A stretch of 64,000 nt of DNA from an uncultured Chloroflexia bacterium (GTDB lineage Bacteria > Chloroflexota > Anaerolineae > Anaerolineales > UBA4823): NCBI GenBank assembly GCA_963792075.1, contig CAWBUW010000007.1:974429-1038428 (forward strand). Reading direction: 5' to 3'. The notes under the pieces were generated by a model. The model worked only from the letters and a program-made list of their open reading frames with translations. It was not told the DNA's origin and ran no database searches. A program made the translations under genes and the position numbers. Shown piece after piece: positions 59,217-64,000 of the stretch. Position 1 is the stretch's first letter, and the number at the start of each line of letters is the position of its first letter.

Positions 59217-59753
59217 TCACTTGGAGGTTGGCCTCGCCAGATACAACCAATCTTCTGGAACTTGCACCGTCACAATTTCACCGCGAACACAGACCACGCC
59301 CTCTGCTGCCAGCGTGATCGCCACGACCACTTTTCGTCCTACGGGCTTCCCACCGATTTCCTTTACCTTCCCGCGTAGCTCCAACACTGGACCCAGCGGG
59401 GTTGGCTTGAGGTAATCGACGTGCAGAGAAGCGGTCACGTAGCGCAGCGCAGGCAGCGTATCCATCTCCCTGCCTTGCAAGCGATACACGGCCGCCGCGG
59501 CTGTCCCCGTACCATGACAATCAATCAGCGAGGCGAGCAGCCCTCCATAGACATATCCAGGGATCGCCGTATGGTACACCTTCGGTTGAAAAAGGCACAC
59601 GCTTTCCCCACTCTCTGCGGTGCTGCTATCTGCCCAATAGCTCTTGATCTGCAGCCCATGTTCGTTCAAGCTGCCGCAGCCATAGCAATGGCTCAGGTTT
59701 GCAGGGTAATAATCTTGGAAGGCTTTTTTATTCATCATGAGAAATTTTATCAC
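59217..59753 (-). CDS. PaaI/hotdog-fold thioesterase family protein
   Basis: CYGCGSLNEHGL N-terminal motif and GYVYGGLLASLIDCHG, 178 aa. Confidence 0.65.
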   Translation of the reverse strand: MIKFLMMNKKAFQDYYPANLSHCYGCGSLNEHGLQIKSYWADSSTAESGESVCLFQPKVYHTAIPGYVYGGLLASLIDCHGTGTAAAAVYRLQGREMDTLPALRYVTASLHVDYLKPTPLGPVLELRGKVKEIGGKPVGRKVVVAITLAAEGVVCVRGEIVTVQVPEDWLYLARPTSK

Positions 59754-59773
59754 AACATTGGTATAATTTCTCC

Positions 59774-60586
59774 ATGCAGCTCTACTTTATCCGCCATGCC
59801 CAATCGATAAATAACCGTCTTTATTCCCTCACCGGCTCTTCCGCTGGCCGCAGCGAGGATCCAGAAATTACCCCCCTCGGCCGCCGCCAGGCGAGCACCC
59901 TGGCCCACTTCCTGGCGCATGGGCCGGCCGCCCCGGGGCCCATCGATGCAGTCCACCCCGATGACGAACCATCCCGCCCGTCCGGTGAAGCGCAAGCCAC
60001 ATTCGACGTGAACGATCTCCACAACCGGCGCGGTTTTGGCATCACCCATTTGTATTCCAGCTTGATGCTGCGCGCCGTCTCTACCGGCGAATTCATTTCC
60101 CAGGCGCTCGGCCTCCCGCTGGTTGCCTGGCCCGACCTGCACGAAGCCGGCGGCATCTATTTTGATGACAAATCCGCCAGCGCTGCAGCAGGGGCGCCCG
60201 TGCGCGTTGGGCTCCCCGGCAAGTCGCGTTCCTATTTCACTCAGCACCACCCTGGCCTGCGCCTGCCGGAGGACCTGGACGAAACCGGTTGGTACAACCG
60301 GCCCTTTGAAGAGCGCCCCGAACGCTTCGCGCGCGCCCGGCGCTTCCTGGATGAGGTGTGCGCCCGCCATACCGCCCAGGACCGCGTTGCCGTGGTCAGC
60401 CACGGTGCGTTTTACGCTTACATGCTGCACACACTCTTCCGCATCCCCATCCGGATGGACCAGGATTTCCCCCAGTGGTTTGCCCTCAACAACTGCGCCA
60501 TCTCACGTTTCGACTTCACCGATCAGCCAACCGTCGTCGTCTACCTCAACCGCGCCGACTTCCTCCCCGCAGAATTAATCACTTGA
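59774..60586 (+). CDS. histidine phosphatase (phosphoglycerate-mutase-like) family protein
   Basis: LYFIRHAQS catalytic motif and a distal VVSHGAF motif. Confidence 0.75.
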   Translation: MQLYFIRHAQSINNRLYSLTGSSAGRSEDPEITPLGRRQASTLAHFLAHGPAAPGPIDAVHPDDEPSRPSGEAQATFDVNDLHNRRGFGITHLYSSLMLRAVSTGEFISQALGLPLVAWPDLHEAGGIYFDDKSASAAAGAPVRVGLPGKSRSYFTQHHPGLRLPEDLDETGWYNRPFEERPERFARARRFLDEVCARHTAQDRVAVVSHGAFYAYMLHTLFRIPIRMDQDFPQWFALNNCAISRFDFTDQPTVVVYLNRADFLPAELIT

Positions 60587-60636
60587 CCCTCTAATTCTAA
60601 TCCCCTCTTCCCTTCGCGGCTTTGCGCCTTTGCGGT

Positions 60637-61047
60637 TCAATTAGGATTACCTGAATGTTTCTTCGCCTCGGCAATCTCCAGCGCAGGCATCACCAACAGC
60701 AGGAAAGCTGCTGCTGCGTGCGCCGGTGAATACATCTCCGCTACCCGGCCCACATATTCATCTGGCGCCAGCCGTTTGTGCAGGACCAGTGCGCCATCAT
60801 TATCCACTTTACCAATCAGCTCATCCGGCCCAAGCGCGGCGCGGTAGACCTTACCGCTCTCCGCGTCCAGCCGCCCGGCATAGTGATCCGGGCCCAGGCG
60901 GGTTTCGTAAATCTTCCCCGTCTCTACCTCCACCCGTCCGACTTCGTGGTCGGGGCCCAGGCGGGTCTCAAACACGTGCCCAGGCTGGTCCACATGCCCC
61001 AGGTACTGGTCGCGGGATAACGACCGGTGTAAAAATACTTTGTTCAT
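60637..61047 (-). CDS. hypothetical protein with five ~21-aa LGPDxxxGxV repeats and a hydrophobic C-terminus
   Basis: LGPDHEVGRVEVETGKIYETR / LGPDHYAGRLDAESGKVYRAA / LGPDELIGKVDNDGALVLHKR / LAPDEYVGRV.... Confidence 0.55.
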   Translation of the reverse strand: MNKVFLHRSLSRDQYLGHVDQPGHVFETRLGPDHEVGRVEVETGKIYETRLGPDHYAGRLDAESGKVYRAALGPDELIGKVDNDGALVLHKRLAPDEYVGRVAEMYSPAHAAAAFLLLVMPALEIAEAKKHSGNPN

Positions 61048-61065
61048 CCTTTGCTCCTGTTTTTC

Positions 61066-61854
61066 CTACAACAACTTCCCTTTCAAGTTGAAGCCGTTCT
61101 TTAGCCAGTTGACCACGGCGCGTAATTGCTTGCGCTCTTTTTCGTCCATACCGAGATAAGCCTTCGCCACCTTGATCATGATCGCCATCATCGTGGAAGA
61201 GCCCACGGTCAATCCCGCCGGTGGCACAATGCTTGTGACCGCCGTGAGCACCACCCCGCCCAGCGCCAGCGCCCCCACAATTTTGAGCAGTTTCTTCTTG
61301 CCCTCGTCCAGCTCAACTTTCTCATACATTTCGCCGGCAAATTTTGCCAGGTCGTCCTCTAACTTTTTGAGGCCCTTTTTCTCCGCCGTTGTAGGTTTGC
61401 TTCCTGCCTGCGCCCCGGCAGCTTTCGCCTTTTTCTGGCCTGTTTTGGCTTTCCTCCGGCTGCCCTGGCTTGCCTGGACAGGCGGTTTCGCCTCCTTGTC
61501 TGCCTGGTCTTTCAAAGTAGGCTTGGCATATGATTTTTTCGATGGGCTGGCGACAGCCACCGCCTCTCCTGGCGATTCTTGTCGTGCCGGCCAGGATCGC
61601 TCTTTCGTGCTTGCGCCTTTACCGGTCTTCCGGGAGGGTCTGGCATCTTTCTTAGCTGCTGCAGCCGCGCTGTCCTTCGGCTTCGGCTTCGTTTCCCCCT
61701 TCGTGTTTTCTAAGCGTGCCACTTCCGCCTCGGTCAGCAGTTTTCCCGCACGCACGTAGATCGTCTTTTTGCAGTACGGGCAGATCGTCTTCCGCTTGGG
61801 CGTCTTTTTTAATGCCTTATGGCAGTATGGGCAGGTTTGCCTGGTTTCGGTCAT
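61066..61854 (-). CDS. zinc-ribbon protein with Lys/Ala/Pro-rich low-complexity region and C-terminal TM helices
   Basis: CPYCHK...CPYCKK; basic low-complexity middle; LKIVGALALGGVVLTAVTSIV. Confidence 0.55.
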   Translation of the reverse strand: MTETRQTCPYCHKALKKTPKRKTICPYCKKTIYVRAGKLLTEAEVARLENTKGETKPKPKDSAAAAAKKDARPSRKTGKGASTKERSWPARQESPGEAVAVASPSKKSYAKPTLKDQADKEAKPPVQASQGSRRKAKTGQKKAKAAGAQAGSKPTTAEKKGLKKLEDDLAKFAGEMYEKVELDEGKKKLLKIVGALALGGVVLTAVTSIVPPAGLTVGSSTMMAIMIKVAKAYLGMDEKERKQLRAVVNWLKNGFNLKGKLL

Positions 61855-61916
61855 GATTCTTCCTCTTTATTTGGACAAGTTGGTACAGGGAACCCTGTGC
61901 CAACTCGTCCAATCAT

Positions 61917-62741
61917 TTAATCCCACAGCCTGAGCAGTGTCGCATAATATACCGCGGCCAGGATATGGATGAATGCCGCCATAAACAGTACCATTCCAAT
62001 GGGGATGTGTACCACATGCCAGATGGCCAGCATCTTTCGAGCGGAGGCCAGCGAAGCTAATTGTCCCTGCAGTTCTTGTCGCTGCCAGACCAGCGCCTCT
62101 AACTGCTCCGCTTTCTGGCGCGCCAGGCCGCTCATCCCCCTCCGCAGCTTGAACCATTCCCAACGGGTTCGCCAGCCTAAAAGCCCGCGCTGCCAGATGA
62201 AACCGCTGCCCCCAGCGGACGTCAGCGCCGCCATCTTTTCACCGATCTTGAGCAAGCGTGGGCTGACCGTCTGTTCCGCCATCCAGGATCCAATCGCGGC
62301 TTGCACAGCCTGGATGCTGCCTCGCAAGACTTCTGCCTGCACCTCCACGCCATCCACCGTGCGTGGCACTGCGGTGTAAATATAACGCCCCACAAACCCG
62401 CTGGCCACCACCACTGCGGTCAACAGCAGCGTCACACCCGCCAGGCCGTTCAATTTCCAGGCCGAGTGCAGCAGCACCATATAGGGGCCCACCAGCCCGG
62501 TATAAATATGGAACTCCAGCCAGCTTGCCATCCGCCCCCAGCCGGCCATGCGCTGCCGTTTCCGCAGCGAATACAGCGTTTCAGTCATCAGCATCAGCAA
62601 GAACCCCGCCACGCCGAGCCCGTGCCCGAAAAATTCAGATGCGGCCGGGATGCTCCCCCGCCAGATCACCACACCGAGATAAAGCAGCGTGATCAGGATG
62701 ATCGTTATAAACGCGGCCCACAGCTCACGGTTCGTTTTCAT
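61917..62741 (-). CDS. polytopic membrane protein with conserved-looking His in TM helices
   Basis: Start moved to MKTNREL (ATG at 62741) because the upstream ORF extension overlaps hairpin 62768-62810. Confidence 0.55.
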   Translation of the reverse strand: MKTNRELWAAFITIILITLLYLGVVIWRGSIPAASEFFGHGLGVAGFLLMLMTETLYSLRKRQRMAGWGRMASWLEFHIYTGLVGPYMVLLHSAWKLNGLAGVTLLLTAVVVASGFVGRYIYTAVPRTVDGVEVQAEVLRGSIQAVQAAIGSWMAEQTVSPRLLKIGEKMAALTSAGGSGFIWQRGLLGWRTRWEWFKLRRGMSGLARQKAEQLEALVWQRQELQGQLASLASARKMLAIWHVVHIPIGMVLFMAAFIHILAAVYYATLLRLWD

Positions 62742-62767
62742 CAGGTTTCTGGTCTTTTTATAAAGAC

Positions 62768-62810
62768 CTGGGGTGTTGGAAGGCGGTATCACCGCCCGCC
62801 AACACCCCAG
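62768..62810. terminator. hairpin downstream of the HD-GYP gene
   Basis: ctggggtgttgg aa ggcggt-atc-accgcc cg ccaacaccccag. Confidence 0.5.
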
Positions 62811-62834
62811 ATTTTCATGGTTCTCCGTTCGAAA

Positions 62835-63452
62835 TTAGATGTTGAGCTGCCGCAGCTTGGTCAGGCTGTCAATATTTTCCACAAAAGCCTGCACCAGGTC
62901 TGGGTCGAAGAGTTGGCCGGAAGTCTCTCGGATCATGTCCCGCGCTTCCTGCACGGATATTTCCTTCTTATACGTCCGCGGCGTCGTCAGGGCATCAAAC
63001 ACATCCGCCAACCCGCACAGCCTGGCTCCTGCCGGGATTTGGTCGCCGCGCAGGCCCTGGGGATAGCCCGAGCCATCCCAGCGCTCGTGATGTGACAGGC
63101 AAATCGGGGCTGCCATTTGCAGCACCGTCATGGACGATTCGCGTAAGATCTCATACCCGATCGTGGTATGTTTTTTGGTCGATTCCAGCTCGGCGGGGGT
63201 CATGTTCCCCACCCGAGAAAGCAGGTTATCCGGCAGCCCGACTTTGCCAATATCGTGCAGCATGGCTGCCACAGCAATCGTTTCAGCTTCTTGGGTCGAA
63301 TATCCCATGCCCAAAGCCAGCGTGTTGACGTACGCACGGATACGATCCAGGTGGCTGAGCGTACCCGCATCCCGGTACTCCGCCATCCAGGCCATCCGCT
63401 TGACCATGTCGGCTGTCTCTCGATTTATTGTTTCAGGAATACGCATTAGCAT
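62835..63452 (-). CDS. HD-GYP domain phosphodiesterase (stand-alone)
   Basis: HDIGKVGLPD and HHERWDGSGYPQGL motifs. Confidence 0.85.
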   Translation of the reverse strand: MLMRIPETINRETADMVKRMAWMAEYRDAGTLSHLDRIRAYVNTLALGMGYSTQEAETIAVAAMLHDIGKVGLPDNLLSRVGNMTPAELESTKKHTTIGYEILRESSMTVLQMAAPICLSHHERWDGSGYPQGLRGDQIPAGARLCGLADVFDALTTPRTYKKEISVQEARDMIRETSGQLFDPDLVQAFVENIDSLTKLRQLNI

Positions 63453-63582
63453 GATAGCCTTCCAAAATTATATATAACACTGGCTGATTAAAATAATCAA
63501 AACTTGAAGCACCTCACTGCAAGAATGCCCTTATCATTCTATAACAAAAAGCTCAAAGGCACAAGAAGCTGCGACGGGGTGC

Positions 63583-63734
63583 CAGGGTTTTCTTAAAGTC
63601 GGGGTTTGGGGTATAAGTGGGAAGCAAGGCTTCCCACTTATACCCCAATTCCTCTTCTGCCCCCGCCAGCGGGGCGGGGGCAGGGGGTGGGGATGGCTCC
63701 GCCGACAGGGGTTTCTGACTTTAAGAAAACCCTG
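63583..63734. repeat. MITE-like structured element: 18-bp terminal inverted repeats enclosing two hairpins
   Basis: cagggttttcttaaagtc (63583-63600) pairs with gactttaagaaaaccctg (63717-63734). Inside are ggggtataagtgggaagcaaggcttcccacttatacccc and ctgcccccgc-cagcggg-gcgggggcag. Confidence 0.65.
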
Positions 63735-63910
63735 AACTGAATCAATACGTTCATTGCAAATAAAGCCATTTGATGTTAAAATCTAATATCAGATCGCGTA
63801 AATCAATTGTTGGTCGACGTATCGATCACAATTGTATATATCGTCTCATATCTGGAGGCATCGAACCGGCATAATTTATTGTGGTCACGCAGAATGCTGG
63901 GGAGCCAAAC

Positions 63911-64000
63911 GTGAAACCGGCCAGGTCTTTACTTGCGCTGGTTTTTCTTTTTACGGCTCCCCATTTGGGTTTTGAGGGGAAAGGGATTATTGATGAGCTT
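63911..64000 (+). CDS. possible 5' end of a secreted/membrane protein (runs off the window)
   Basis: GTG + KPARSLLALVFLFTAPHLG...; only 30 codons are visible. Confidence 0.2.
   Translation, partial: MKPARSLLALVFLFTAPHLGFEGKGIIDEL

Overview
High-GC bacterial chromosomal segment with AT-richer accessory islands. The gene content and repeat style resemble Chloroflexota, but that is a guess. I found no rRNA, tRNA or CRISPR array.

Layout:
- 1-7.3 kb, housekeeping: a membrane protein, a DapF-family gene that lacks both catalytic Cys, a nagA / SIS-deaminase pair, a hybrid REC-histidine kinase and an M32 carboxypeptidase.
- 7.4-12.4 kb: two minus-strand genes share an LQRxxGNQ leader motif (DUF4157-like; one carries HEMLH). 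They flank a zinc-ribbon/L12-like/NHL membrane protein and a second membrane protein.
- 12.5-14.5 kb: htpG, broken by a 1-nt deletion in a C6 run.
- 14.7-17.5 kb: a pair of lipoproteins, a PD40 beta-propeller (P family) and an NGGCxLPCWWG protein (N family). Both have paralogues in the later island.
- 18.4-27 kb, mixed metabolic and envelope genes: USP-like, ornithine cyclodeaminase, GNAT, NUDIX, YwbE-like, HXXEE, a 924-aa LVIVD-repeat secreted protein and a PhnB/VOC protein.
- 27.0-38.4 kb: a one-strand, tightly coupled phage head-morphogenesis module (TerS-like, TerL, portal, protease/scaffold-capsid fusion, six small ORFs).
  - It has no recognisable tail, lysis, integrase or replication genes.
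  - It is preceded by a perfect GAAC-N4-GTTC palindrome (LexA/Cheo-box-like).
  - It is interrupted by a 2.47-kb near-perfect palindrome made of two head-to-head IS110-family copies.
- 38.6-55.6 kb: an Rhs/YD-repeat island. It holds one 738-aa rhs gene with a Cys-rich C-terminal tip, one internal rhs fragment and two orphan rhs C-terminal cassettes. These alternate with, and are translationally coupled to, nine P/N-family lipoprotein genes.
  - Many genes here carry single-base homopolymer deletions. These could be sequencing error or decay.
- 55.6-64 kb: TPR histidine kinase, DUF4013 membrane protein with an in-frame repeat element, thioesterase, histidine phosphatase, a 5x21-aa repeat protein, membrane proteins and an HD-GYP protein.

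A family of long GC-rich hairpin/palindromic repeats (REP- or MITE-like) punctuates intergenic regions throughout the window. Some lie inside the phage-like module.
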